Sequence record: OQ870568.1
Length of the DNA: 40,562 nt
Direction: 5' to 3' (one strand)
Source: Escherichia phage Zappy
Shown here: in pieces, positions 1-9,858 of the stretch
Numbering within the stretch: position 1 is the first letter of the stretch
Layout: each line of letters begins with the position of its first letter
Position numbers and translations under genes: made by a program
The notes under the pieces: generated by a model
What the model was told of the DNA's origin: nothing
What the model saw: the letters and a program-made list of their open reading frames with translations, nothing else
The model's database searches: none

Positions 1-77
1 ACTACAGGCTCTGTTTTCTTCTCCCCATTAGAAGTAACAATAGGGTTGCTTCCGAGATATGCAGTTGTGAAACGGTT
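1..77. repeat. Terminal duplication, identical to 40486..40562 (overlap of a circularised contig)
   Basis: Direct comparison of the first 77 and last 77 bases: exact match. Confidence 0.9.
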
Positions 78-2489
78 ACTTGGTCCACCAAGCGCAATGA
101 CGTTATCGTGATAAGGCTTAACGTCAGCAGTCTGGAACAGATGCTCATTACCATTGTAAACTATTCGCTTTGAGTCGGTGTTATTTGCACCATAAAGCGT
201 AATCTGTGCGCCAGTCGTTGAACTAGTGCCTTCACCTCCGCAAAATATGGTGCGCTGCCCTGCCGGGTTATCAGTCGGTATAGATTTCCCGATAAACCCA
301 TATTCACCTTCCATTAAAACTTCAGAGCGAATGTTACTACTGGTGCTGGCTCTAATAGTCACATGACCTAAACCCAAATCCCCTGTAAATTCCATTGGCG
401 CAGGAACAGTGCGAATCCCATTCGTATCAAAAAACACGGGAACAGCTCTGTTAGGTACAGCACCATACCTGAAATCCCTAGAAACACGATTGTCTGGGCC
501 AATCTTCATTTTGTAGCAATACAAATCTGAGGGATGACCATCTGATTTGAATGGGTCCTTCGCTGAGTTATCTCCATAGGTCCATGGGTTAAAATGGTCC
601 TCTCCACCAAATATGTAGTAGATGTAATTATCCTTCACAACTACCGAACCAACACCTACACCTGAGTTAACTATTCCGCCCTGATAAATCTGGTCAGTGA
701 TGTTAACCCATTCAATATCATCTGCATTCCAATTGTTTACATTCAAGCGTGCATAGAAGGTGCGAGGATAAGATGCCTTGTAACGATCATCTGGTGCACC
801 TGCTTCCCATTCATTTTCTGCACGTTCCGAACCAAACATAATAAGGTCATCCCCTACTTTAGCAAAAGGCAATGTAGTATGATGAACATTATGTGGAAAT
901 CTCAGTGACTCCCAAGTCTGACCTATGTCTCTACTACGATGCAAAGAGCTACCTAGTCTATCCCCACGAGTGCCACGAGTGATAAGGTATAATACACCAT
1001 CATAGTACTTGATGCAAGGCTCTGCCGCATCTGGTTCATACTCAGATGGTATCTGACGACGAACATAATTAGATGGGCTATTGAAAGCATCAGGGAAGTA
1101 GAAAAGCCCAACTTCTCGTGGAGCTACATCACCTTGATGACAGCCCATAACAAAGCCATTGTTATCAATAGTAGCAAAGCTATGGACTTCAGTAACACGA
1201 GGGATTAAGCCAAGATCTGTTTTACGCCATGGAGACTTATGGAAGGAAGTACCCATATGCCAGTTCTTTCCAGCGTTATTCAAATCTGAAGTCTGCTGGT
1301 TTGGTGTAAGAACCGTGAAGTTGTCCTTATCTATTACGGTTGCAACAGTCATATTACCGGAGACACCTGTTACCGCAGAATTAGAGAAGTTAACAAAATC
1401 ACCCACGAATAGTCCGTGGTCTGGTACATGTATTGTTGCATATGGCTGATTTGCAGCTTTAGTGATACCACCAGTAAGATGCAGGCTACGAGACATGGGG
1501 CGATCCCACAATGCACAATTGGTTAATGCGTTCTTGGCTAAAGTACGTGTTTCAATCATGGCAAACAGACGGTTGCGACATACACCCATACTCATACAAT
1601 GATAGTTCACTGTAGGGTAATCTGGATGCAGATCAGTTAACCACTCTGGAGTAGACCATGTTTGACCATCATCACCAGACTTAACCCATGATACATGCAG
1701 ACGACTAACACCATGACGATCGCTACCCATGTAAGGTGCATATATCACATTATCATATACGAACGCTTTATCCTGAGGCCACGCATTGTAATAAGGGGTG
1801 TCCGTTATTTTGAACAACTCACCCTGAACAAATTCCTCAGAGACATAATAAAGAGGTTGTCCCGGAATGCGCTCATAAACGAAACGAGTGTTGATGAAGC
1901 GACTAATGTCAGGCAGGGATGTGACCTTATATGTCTTCCCATTGCCATTAATCTTTTGTCCAACCGGTGTGTCATTTAATACGCGCGTTAACGCTTCTGT
2001 ATCATCAGTGACACCGTCCCCTTTAGCATCCCAACCACGAAGATCAGGCCAGCGTGCCCAGAAACTCGCAACTATTCGGCGTGCTTCGTCCTCGCTATCC
2101 TTAGCGTTGCCAGCAGAGCTACCAGCAGCATCGGCATATTCCTTTGCTAAGTCAACCGTTTGGTCTCGACCTTCTTCTGCAATATGGATAGCCTGAAGCT
2201 CTGAATTGGTCAGGTCACTAGCTGTCAACACTGAGCCATTCCTGAAGTCTACCACTAAGTCAGTTCCAGTCTGACGGTGAATACGAACGATGTCGAAACC
2301 TGATTGGTCAGCCAACATCTCAATCATCGTTGGATTAAGGAATCGGTAATCTCGACCAACTTCCAGTACACGGTTCAGAGCAGGGTTAGAGCTATTCACC
2401 AGCGTAACAACAACAAACGTTCTGGCTAGGTAGTCGAACTCAATCCTGTACTGAGTGTTTCCTGACGGGAATTGTGTAATCGTGGACAT
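1..2489 (-). CDS. 17: Tail fibre/tailspike gp17, N-terminal ~830 codons; the ORF runs off the window start and continues in frame into 40053..40485
   Basis: ATG at 2489 with AAGGAGG 4 nt upstream. Hand translation [30 protein letters not shown] matches the T7 gp17 N-terminal adaptor domain. Downstream [11 protein letters not shown] (about 1995-2020) and Asp-box SGDDGQTW (about 1650-1676). No minus-strand stop reported before position 1; frame is continuous across the 77-bp duplicate. Confidence 0.85.
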   Translation of the reverse strand, partial: MSTITQFPSGNTQYRIEFDYLARTFVVVTLVNSSNPALNRVLEVGRDYRFLNPTMIEMLADQSGFDIVRIHRQTGTDLVVDFRNGSVLTASDLTNSELQAIHIAEEGRDQTVDLAKEYADAAGSSAGNAKDSEDEARRIVASFWARWPDLRGWDAKGDGVTDDTEALTRVLNDTPVGQKINGNGKTYKVTSLPDISRFINTRFVYERIPGQPLYYVSEEFVQGELFKITDTPYYNAWPQDKAFVYDNVIYAPYMGSDRHGVSRLHVSWVKSGDDGQTWSTPEWLTDLHPDYPTVNYHCMSMGVCRNRLFAMIETRTLAKNALTNCALWDRPMSRSLHLTGGITKAANQPYATIHVPDHGLFVGDFVNFSNSAVTGVSGNMTVATVIDKDNFTVLTPNQQTSDLNNAGKNWHMGTSFHKSPWRKTDLGLIPRVTEVHSFATIDNNGFVMGCHQGDVAPREVGLFYFPDAFNSPSNYVRRQIPSEYEPDAAEPCIKYYDGVLYLITRGTRGDRLGSSLHRSRDIGQTWESLRFPHNVHHTTLPFAKVGDDLIMFGSERAENEWEAGAPDDRYKASYPRTFYARLNVNNWNADDIEWVNITDQIYQGGIVNSGVGVGSVVVKDNYIYYIFGGEDHFNPWTYGDNSAKDPFKSDGHPSDLYCYKMKIGPDNRVSRDFRYGAVPNRAVPVFFDTNGIRTVPAPMEFTGDLGLGHVTIRASTSSNIRSEVLMEGEYGFIGKSIPTDNPAGQRTIFCGGEGTSSTTGAQITLYGANNTDSKRIVYNGNEHLFQTADVKPYHDNVIALGGPSNRFTTAYLGSNPIVTSNGEKKTEPV

Positions 2490-2535
2490 TATGCCTCCTT
2501 TGTGATTTAAGCGGAGACCTATGGTAGCGCCTCCA

Positions 2536-2558
2536 GTTTCCTATAGTGATAGTTTAGT
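2536..2558 (-). promoter_or_regulatory. Phage RNAP promoter (phi17-like), minus-strand sequence ACTAAACTATCACTATAGGAAAC
   Basis: Matches the 23-bp motif found 11 times in this genome; sits between the gp16 stop and the tail fibre start. Confidence 0.7.
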
Positions 2559-5500
2559 CCTTGATGTGGATACCTTGCTCCTCAAACGTTCCAAGTAACA
2601 GCTTCTGGGTAATTGGGTCGTTAGGAACCAGTTCACGGAACGTATTATACATCCCGGTCATGTAGTCACGCTCGTTGACACGAGTGTCGGCCTTCAGGTA
2701 GCCAGCCAAGTTGTAAGCCGAAACTCCAACGTTAGCAGCATATCCGAAAGCTGGAACCTGCTCCAAGAAGTTACCAACAACATTCATCACAGGGTCACTT
2801 GTAGCTGCACCAAACGTGATGGCACGTTCAGGCTTCTCTGTAGGCGAACGAGGTAGGATAGACGAACGGAGCATCTTAGTGGCCTCATATCCAGCGATTC
2901 CACCTAGAATGTTAGCTACCCCAAGTGGGCCACCCAGATGTGAACTACGGGACAGAGCCGCATAACCAATCATCGTCGGGTCCAGAGCTTGCTTAAGGTA
3001 GTCACGGTCTCGACCATCCTGCATAGCATAAGCCTTGACGTGCACCTGAGCTATGTAGTTGATACCAGCCAGACCCATAGACATCACGGTCGATAATGCA
3101 GCGTCAATCGCTCGGTTGTTCTTCGTGGCGTTATAGAAGGTACGCATGGTTCGCCCATTGATGGACTTGATGACGAAGTTCTTAAACTGAAGGACAGTCT
3201 TAGCGATAGGGCCATAAGCCTTGGCGTCCATGTTGGACAGCTTGTGGGGCCGGAGTAACGTTTCGTCAGCGATGGTGTCACCCATACGCCATAGGTCCAT
3301 AGCCCTTGGGTCCTGACTGAACGCCTTCTTATCCTTGATGGTGTACTTCCCGTCTGGACCACGAGTCACTGACTCACGGATTAGGGACTTAATGCCATTC
3401 CACTGCTCGTCAGATATACCAGCGGTCTTCAGCCAGCGGTCATCGAACTTACGCTTACTACCAGTCAGGCTATGCTCCACGATGTCAGACAGGAAGCCTT
3501 GACGTCCAGCATCTAACAGGTAGTTGGTCGTACCGTTGAGGACTTTAGTGAACGGAGAGCGTACTGCAAGTTCGCCAGTGTAATACTTGGCAGTCCCCAG
3601 AGCTGTAGCTGTACCACGACCGAGGTCACTGTAAGATCGCAGACGGTCAATGACATCCTGTTTAGACGGACGGATTGAGTCATCCAGTTCCTTACCGAAG
3701 ATAACATTGTGCAGGTCCTTAATCTCTGAGGCCCCAACCTTCTTGTTACGGAAGGCTAGGTCACGGAAAATCGGGACTCCATGCAGCATTGCACGAACGT
3801 TGCCACGAGCCAGCATACCACCAATCTCCGTTAAGTTCTGAACACCCATGTAGGCATTCTTAGCGAAGAACGATAGGTCTGTCATTGTGCGCATCACGGT
3901 AGCGAAGGCTGCATCATCAGCACCATCACGTCGAGCACGACCTGTTAGAATCTTCAAGGTGTCACGTAAGGTAGATACTTCACCTTTCAACTTACCGTCA
4001 TCCCCAGCCTTGTTCATCATGGTCTCAACCAAGTCCTTCATGTCCTTCGTGGTTTTGCCTGTACCAGCCATGATAGCAATATCGCCATTAACTCGACGGT
4101 TGTAGGCCGGGACAATCTTGTCCATGTCCCACTCACGCAGGTTGTTGACACTGAAGGTCTGACCGTTAGGTAGGACGATTGACATATCGCTATCGAACAG
4201 GTTACGAGCCTCAAGGAAGCTGTTGTTCTCCAGACCAACCAGACCGTTGATGTTCTCTTCCATTACGGATGAACGTTCGAACTGCTCGGTGTGTGAGATA
4301 CCGTAAGCCTTATCGTTGGCGTACTTATCGACCGCAGCAGCAAGTCCCTCTGGAGTCAACGTAGGGTCAGACTCTAAGAGTGCCTCGTCAACGCGTTTCT
4401 TGACTTCAGGTCGAGACGCATAGCTGGTCAACCATGACTTCTTGATGGCCTCCTGCAACGCCTCTGGACTCCCAAGCTCCTTGATGTACAGCTCCTTCAT
4501 CTGTTTGCTATACACATGAGGGACGTAGGTTCCCTTGAAGCGGCTACCCGGAAAGATAGACTGAGCGTCTGGACGACCAAACATCGCCGGGTTCTCCATC
4601 ATCTCACGCTTGGCGTCAAACTGGTTCTTCAGTAGGTCATAGACTTTAAGTTCTCCCGGAGTCAGTTCAGCCTTCAGGTTCCCACTTCCGTCTTCAATAG
4701 CCATAGACACACGCTGGTAGATGTCCTGACGGAATGCGCCAGAGTCTCGCCAGAATGCTGTCTGGAAGTATGGGTCCTTTAGTGCCTCAGTAACCGCATC
4801 GTCGATGTCGTTGTAGAACCGATGGTCCACAGCACGAAGTCTCTCGAATACGTCTGACGCAGTGGTCCCGATTTTACCTGAGGCCCCTGACTGCATACCG
4901 GTTGGTGAACGCACTAAGTCAGCAGCGACTCCACGAATCTCTGGGTTCTCAGACCGAAGTAGCTTCAGACCAATCTCGGTAAGTCCACCAAGGTTCACAC
5001 CAGCAGCGGCACGTTCTGGCTCAATCACTTCGTCGAAGACTTGACGTGTCTTAGGGTTCAGAGGGTTCTCACCAATCAGGATTGAACCATCTTCTAATCG
5101 TACACTTCCCGGCTCATTAGGAACGTCAGCGAACTTAACGCCTTGATAACTAAAGGTCTGCTCACCTTCTTGAATAGGTAGACGAGACAGGTCCTGACCA
5201 TCAACGTTACGGGCTGTCTCACGAGCTTCCAGACGTGTAGCTGGGCCGGCAAACTCATTAGTGTTGCGACCTAAGGCTCTGCCTAACCCATCAGCGATGG
5301 CAGTCATACCACCACCAAAGAGAGCACCACCAAGGATAGCTTCAGCCACATGAGCATCACCACCAGCCACTGAGGTACGGGCCATCTCTGATACACCAGC
5401 AAGTGCTCCAGATTGAGCAGCCACGGTGAACATCTTGTTGACCAGCTTCGCACCTTTGCCAACCTGTCCAGCGATAGGGACGTAGGTCAGCGGGTCTACA

Positions 5501-6441
5501 CCAGCACCAATCACACCAGCTGCTAACTGAGCACCAGTCCCAGCCTTGGCCTTCTCTTGGTCCAACTTCTGGTTCTCAAGCGCTAAGTTAATAAGCTCGG
5601 TCAGGTTCTGAGGGGAGCCACCAGTAATGACCCCGTAATACTGAGGAAGAACTCCAGCGTTACGAATCTGGTCCAGCTCCTCACGAGACCACTTATGGTT
5701 GTTCCAGCGGGTAGGATTGAACACATCGCCAATGACATCAAGTGAGTCCTCGGTCTGACCAGCGCGGATAGCCACGCCGACCATAGAGTTCTTCACTTCA
5801 GCTTCTGTAGCCGAGCCGAAACCGAACCACGTAGAGCGATCCTCTCGTTCCTGCATGGTCTCGCCAGTAGACTTATAGAACATCTCACCGAACGATTCGT
5901 TGGGAGCTTCAGGTGCTTGACCCTCAATGTTTAGACCAGCAGCGGTCGGAAGGTTCTCACCCAGAGCTACTTTAGGTTTAGCCTTGAGTCCTTCCGTGAG
6001 TGCGTCAAATACGTTAGCGCTTACTGGTGGAGTCTTTGGGCTAATACCATTGAGTGCTCGTGCGACTCCATTCTGATAGACTTCAGGGTCGTACCGGGAG
6101 CCTGTCTCATGGAAGCTGATAGCTTGAGCCAGAGCAGACAGGGTGTCAGGGTTCGATAGGTCGAGACTCTGGGTAGCTGGAATACCAGTTGCAGCCACCA
6201 CTGAGTCAATATAAGCCTTAGTGTCGTTCTCGTTAGGAGGCGCCCATCGGTTGATAATCTTCTCGATGGAGTCATAACCTTGGCGACCGTAGGACAGCAG
6301 GTTTTTACCTAAAGCTCGGACGCCAGACTCTGGACTATCGAAGGTGACGAATGAGCCATCATCTCCAGTCATTCCTTCCCATTGGTCCTTACTTACCCGG
6401 ATGTTACCCGGATTGTTATTGCGAATACCACGAGTCGCCAT
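2554..6441 (-). CDS. 16: Internal virion protein D (gp16), 1295 aa; N-terminal ~130 aa unlike the T7 transglycosylase domain as I recall it
   Basis: ORF track; size and long stretches (e.g. GASGKIGTTASDVFERL, SPTGMQSGASGK) resemble T7 gp16; ATG with AAGGAG 8 nt upstream; synteny. Confidence 0.9.
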   Translation of the reverse strand: MATRGIRNNNPGNIRVSKDQWEGMTGDDGSFVTFDSPESGVRALGKNLLSYGRQGYDSIEKIINRWAPPNENDTKAYIDSVVAATGIPATQSLDLSNPDTLSALAQAISFHETGSRYDPEVYQNGVARALNGISPKTPPVSANVFDALTEGLKAKPKVALGENLPTAAGLNIEGQAPEAPNESFGEMFYKSTGETMQEREDRSTWFGFGSATEAEVKNSMVGVAIRAGQTEDSLDVIGDVFNPTRWNNHKWSREELDQIRNAGVLPQYYGVITGGSPQNLTELINLALENQKLDQEKAKAGTGAQLAAGVIGAGVDPLTYVPIAGQVGKGAKLVNKMFTVAAQSGALAGVSEMARTSVAGGDAHVAEAILGGALFGGGMTAIADGLGRALGRNTNEFAGPATRLEARETARNVDGQDLSRLPIQEGEQTFSYQGVKFADVPNEPGSVRLEDGSILIGENPLNPKTRQVFDEVIEPERAAAGVNLGGLTEIGLKLLRSENPEIRGVAADLVRSPTGMQSGASGKIGTTASDVFERLRAVDHRFYNDIDDAVTEALKDPYFQTAFWRDSGAFRQDIYQRVSMAIEDGSGNLKAELTPGELKVYDLLKNQFDAKREMMENPAMFGRPDAQSIFPGSRFKGTYVPHVYSKQMKELYIKELGSPEALQEAIKKSWLTSYASRPEVKKRVDEALLESDPTLTPEGLAAAVDKYANDKAYGISHTEQFERSSVMEENINGLVGLENNSFLEARNLFDSDMSIVLPNGQTFSVNNLREWDMDKIVPAYNRRVNGDIAIMAGTGKTTKDMKDLVETMMNKAGDDGKLKGEVSTLRDTLKILTGRARRDGADDAAFATVMRTMTDLSFFAKNAYMGVQNLTEIGGMLARGNVRAMLHGVPIFRDLAFRNKKVGASEIKDLHNVIFGKELDDSIRPSKQDVIDRLRSYSDLGRGTATALGTAKYYTGELAVRSPFTKVLNGTTNYLLDAGRQGFLSDIVEHSLTGSKRKFDDRWLKTAGISDEQWNGIKSLIRESVTRGPDGKYTIKDKKAFSQDPRAMDLWRMGDTIADETLLRPHKLSNMDAKAYGPIAKTVLQFKNFVIKSINGRTMRTFYNATKNNRAIDAALSTVMSMGLAGINYIAQVHVKAYAMQDGRDRDYLKQALDPTMIGYAALSRSSHLGGPLGVANILGGIAGYEATKMLRSSILPRSPTEKPERAITFGAATSDPVMNVVGNFLEQVPAFGYAANVGVSAYNLAGYLKADTRVNERDYMTGMYNTFRELVPNDPITQKLLLGTFEEQGIHIKD

Positions 6442-6445
6442 TATG

Positions 6446-8728
6446 TTACTCCTTACCGATTAGTACGTTTGCGATACCCTCCAATGAGACGTCATTGTAC
6501 ATCCCTCCGCGCTTCTCGATGTTGGCCTCTCGGTCAGCTCGACGTTTGTCACCGGCAGCTTTAGTCCCGACGATACGCGCTCGCTTGTTAGCGTCACGTT
6601 CTGCCTGAGCGTATGCGGCATCTTGTGCCTTCTGCTGTTGTTCGCGGTAGAGTTTACCTACAAGTTCTTTATCGTAGCGAATACGAATAGTCCCTGTAGC
6701 GTCTTGGAGGAAGATAGAGCCGTTCTGTTCAACAACGGACAACTGAGAGTTCACTACCCAAGGGTTGGCCTTAATGAGCTGCTTACGAGCGGTGTCGATA
6801 ATGTCTCGACCAACCTGCCACGACTCTGGGTTATCCCCGACCATAAGCTGGTGCTTTGACACCATGCCGATGGACTTACCGTCAGAACCTTCAGACTGGA
6901 ACGTTACGGTGTTCTCATTCAGCCAGCGTTGAGTCTGCTGCGTTGCAGCGTCAGCGTTACCTGTACGATAGTACCATGAGTCCCAGACCTTACGAGCACT
7001 TGAGTCTAGAGACGTAGGAAGACGCGAAAGGTCCTTATTCTTAGAGTCGTTCTTCAACTCCTGCCACGCCTTGTCTGACTCCATGCGCATCTCACGGCTT
7101 TGACTTGCAGCTTGCTTATCAGCTTCAATCATCGTCTGAGGGTCTAGACCCATCTTGTCCATCTGATCGAACGTAGAGAACAACTGAGCTTGGTCAGGGT
7201 ACAGAGCAGCGAAACTTGAAGGGTCCTGAGTGTAGGCACGACGAAGAGACTCGAAGCGTTTCATCTTGTCTGGGTCGTACTGTCCACGGATGACAGCAGC
7301 TTGCCACTCACCAGCAGCGTCCTGAGTAAGCGTCTGGAAGGCATTACGGAACGGACCGTTGTTAGTGTCAGCTCTTAACAATGCCACCTTCTGGGCGTCC
7401 TTAGCAGCCTCAGGGATGTCCATCTGGTCAATCTGCTGTAGCTTAGAAGACGCATAGTTGTTCATGTCTGAACGCTTGAACTCTCCTGTGGCTTCAGAGA
7501 CCGGAAGGTCCTCATAGTTGGTGGACACGTTGTCTCCAGCCAGACGTCGCTGATAAACTTGGTCAATGACCAGTTGCTTGTTCTGGGTCTGGATTAACTT
7601 CGTGTTCTCCTTCGCCTGTTCAGCAGACTTACGCTTTACCGCTTCCAGTAAGCTGGCTTCGGCATTAATAAGCATCTGACGCTGAGGTGTGAGTTCTTCA
7701 CCCGGTTGAAGCAGGTTGTTCTGCTCCTTGAGTTTCTGAATCTGGGCAAGACCGATGGTTGGGTCGTCCTGAAGAATCGCAGACTGAACTCCTAACGCTA
7801 AGTCTTCCTGATACTTAGCCACTAGCTTGTACTCAGTTCCTTGTGCCTCAACAATAGCAGCGTTGAAGACATCAGGTCCTACAATCTCTTCGACTGTAGC
7901 ATCCACGCCGTTAAGGGTGATTCGCTCGCCTCGTACTTGCTGTAGGAAGTTTGAGCCGCCTGACTTCTGGATTGCGTCACGGACCGTCTGGGTAATGACC
8001 TCCCGCGCTCGCTGGTCCGAGGGGATAGCAGCAGTAGTCAGTCCGTCACGAAGGTAAGCCATGAATGCCTTGCCAGACTCAGGTGAACGCATCAGGTCGC
8101 CATCGTTCAGGAATGAGTTCATCTCAATACGGGTGTTCAACATTGCTGTCTCTTCAGACTGCTTGCTGAAATACTTATTGAAAGACCCATAGATAGCGAT
8201 GTTGCGGTCTGTGATGTTATCGTTGAACCCACGCTGGAAGAACTCGTCTGTAGGGTTAATACCCGCCTCTTCAGCATAAGACTTAGCGGCGTCCTGAAGT
8301 CGCTGGTGGCGATACTCTTCCATGTCCTGACGCGTACGGAACTCACCGTTCTGAATCTTAACGTTAATCTCGTCGTCTACAGCAAAGGCAGCATTACGAC
8401 CAGTCTTGACTCGAAGTGCTTCCATAGCGTAAGGGTCATCCTGATACAGCAATGTGCCGTTCTGGATAGCCTCACGTCTTTGCTGAGGTGTCAGTTTACG
8501 GATAATCTCGTTAGACCGCTCGTCAGCTCTGGTCTTCTCCTCGTCCTTGAACTGCTTGTACAATCCAGTCCCAGACTCAACGAAGTTGGTTAACGCACGA
8601 GCCAGACCGGAGTCACCAGTTGGAGCCTGAACGCTGGCTGCTTGATAGTTGACGGCGATAGTTTTACCAGGCGCTCTGCCACGACCAATAGTCCGATTAG
8701 CCAGAGCTGATTCAATATTACTAGCCAT
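6446..8728 (-). CDS. 15: Internal virion protein C (gp15), 760 aa
   Basis: ORF track; size and position between gp14 and gp16 as in T7; strong RBS GAGGAGG. Confidence 0.85.
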   Translation of the reverse strand: MASNIESALANRTIGRGRAPGKTIAVNYQAASVQAPTGDSGLARALTNFVESGTGLYKQFKDEEKTRADERSNEIIRKLTPQQRREAIQNGTLLYQDDPYAMEALRVKTGRNAAFAVDDEINVKIQNGEFRTRQDMEEYRHQRLQDAAKSYAEEAGINPTDEFFQRGFNDNITDRNIAIYGSFNKYFSKQSEETAMLNTRIEMNSFLNDGDLMRSPESGKAFMAYLRDGLTTAAIPSDQRAREVITQTVRDAIQKSGGSNFLQQVRGERITLNGVDATVEEIVGPDVFNAAIVEAQGTEYKLVAKYQEDLALGVQSAILQDDPTIGLAQIQKLKEQNNLLQPGEELTPQRQMLINAEASLLEAVKRKSAEQAKENTKLIQTQNKQLVIDQVYQRRLAGDNVSTNYEDLPVSEATGEFKRSDMNNYASSKLQQIDQMDIPEAAKDAQKVALLRADTNNGPFRNAFQTLTQDAAGEWQAAVIRGQYDPDKMKRFESLRRAYTQDPSSFAALYPDQAQLFSTFDQMDKMGLDPQTMIEADKQAASQSREMRMESDKAWQELKNDSKNKDLSRLPTSLDSSARKVWDSWYYRTGNADAATQQTQRWLNENTVTFQSEGSDGKSIGMVSKHQLMVGDNPESWQVGRDIIDTARKQLIKANPWVVNSQLSVVEQNGSIFLQDATGTIRIRYDKELVGKLYREQQQKAQDAAYAQAERDANKRARIVGTKAAGDKRRADREANIEKRGGMYNDVSLEGIANVLIGKE

Positions 8729-8739
8729 TAGTCCTCCTC

Positions 8740-9327
8740 TTAGCTATGACCTGTAGGTGTGCCTTTAGCAGCACTAATTGGTGCAGCACCCCCAGAGCTT
8801 GACGCTCCAGAGATTGACTTACCAGCGGCGGAACCTTGCATCCCGGCGTTAGCAACATTAAGTGCATGAGCCAGTGGGCTGGTCTTGATGATTTTACCTT
8901 GACCACGGATAGCAGACTTGGTGTTCTCAATGTTGGCGATACGGTTCCCGAAGATAGCTGCATAGTCGCGGTTGTAACTTTCGGTAATCCCTGCTCGCTC
9001 CTTGACTGTATCTCCTGCGACCTGACGTTCAATCCTGTCCATAGAGTTACCTTCCAGACCGGACTCAGCCACCGCAGCTCGGACCATACCCTGATTGCGG
9101 ATACCGTTGAGCGTGGTCTCTGTCAGTTCAGCCATCTGCTGCTCCTTCAGGTCGCGCTCCTGCATCCTCAGGTTGGCGTCAGAGTAGTTCATCTGCTTAA
9201 CCATTTCCTGAGCCTGTCGGTTCTGAGCGTCAATTGCTGCTCCTTCAGCCTTGGCCTGTTGGGATGCGGACATAGTGGCACCAGCTACAGCCATAATACC
9301 CATGCCGATACTTACTGGCTCGCACAT
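8740..9327 (-). CDS. 14: Internal virion protein B (gp14), 195 aa
   Basis: ORF track; size (T7 gp14 is 196 aa) and synteny; RBS AAGGAGG. Confidence 0.8.
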   Translation of the reverse strand: MCEPVSIGMGIMAVAGATMSASQQAKAEGAAIDAQNRQAQEMVKQMNYSDANLRMQERDLKEQQMAELTETTLNGIRNQGMVRAAVAESGLEGNSMDRIERQVAGDTVKERAGITESYNRDYAAIFGNRIANIENTKSAIRGQGKIIKTSPLAHALNVANAGMQGSAAGKSISGASSSGGAAPISAAKGTPTGHS

Positions 9328-9782
9328 ACGTCCTCCTTAGAGATAGTGAATAGTTGAAAACGCTCACCAGTTACTGGGCTTACAGTCCAATCATCATGGA
9401 ATTTAGCCCCAAGCAACTTCAAGAATTTAATGTGAGACTTATTGTCTGACCACACGTAGTTCCAGATGGTCCCGTATTGGTCTAACATTAAGTCCCTGTA
9501 CTCAGAGATACGCTTTATGAACTCTCGCTTATCTTTAGGTCTCAGCTTATAGACAAGACTGGAAGTCAAGAACCATACGTTATCCCCTTGGTGTCCACCA
9601 TAGGCAAACACTTCGCCTACACCGTTCGTTAAAACCACAGATGACGGAGATAGGTGCTTAAGCAGTCTTTCAGAGAGGCCAACGGTTGACCCATAGTTTG
9701 CTTTGCACTCATTAACATCATCTGCTGAAAGATGCCACAGAAAGTAGTGGACATCTGGTTCCGTAGCCTTGCGAATATACAT
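9312..9782 (-). CDS. gp13-like internal virion/assembly protein, 156 aa
   Basis: ORF track; position between gp12 and gp14 with its own promoter, as for T7 gene 13; RBS AAGGAG. No sequence-level recognition. Confidence 0.5.
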   Translation of the reverse strand: MYIRKATEPDVHYFLWHLSADDVNECKANYGSTVGLSERLLKHLSPSSVVLTNGVGEVFAYGGHQGDNVWFLTSSLVYKLRPKDKREFIKRISEYRDLMLDQYGTIWNYVWSDNKSHIKFLKLLGAKFHDDWTVSPVTGERFQLFTISKEDVCASQ

Positions 9783-9811
9783 AAAGTCTCCTTATAACCT
9801 TAAGGGCCTAT

Positions 9812-9834
9812 AGTCCCTATAGTGATAGTTAAGG
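9812..9834 (-). promoter_or_regulatory. Phage RNAP promoter (phi13-like), CCTTAACTATCACTATAGGGACT
   Basis: Motif match; intergenic between gp12 stop and gp13 start. Confidence 0.7.
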
Positions 9835-9858
9835 TAAATCTATAGGCCCTTCAATAAG

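Noticed and set aside
1159-2196. Plus-strand ORFs (96, 94 and 102 aa) inside the tail fibre region
   Set aside because: Antisense to a long, well-supported minus-strand gene; no RBS or promoter context.
9343-9356. Promoter-like atagtgaatagtt inside the gp13-like gene
   Set aside because: Has a 1-nt insertion within the -10..-1 segment relative to the 11 bona fide copies; unlikely to be functional.
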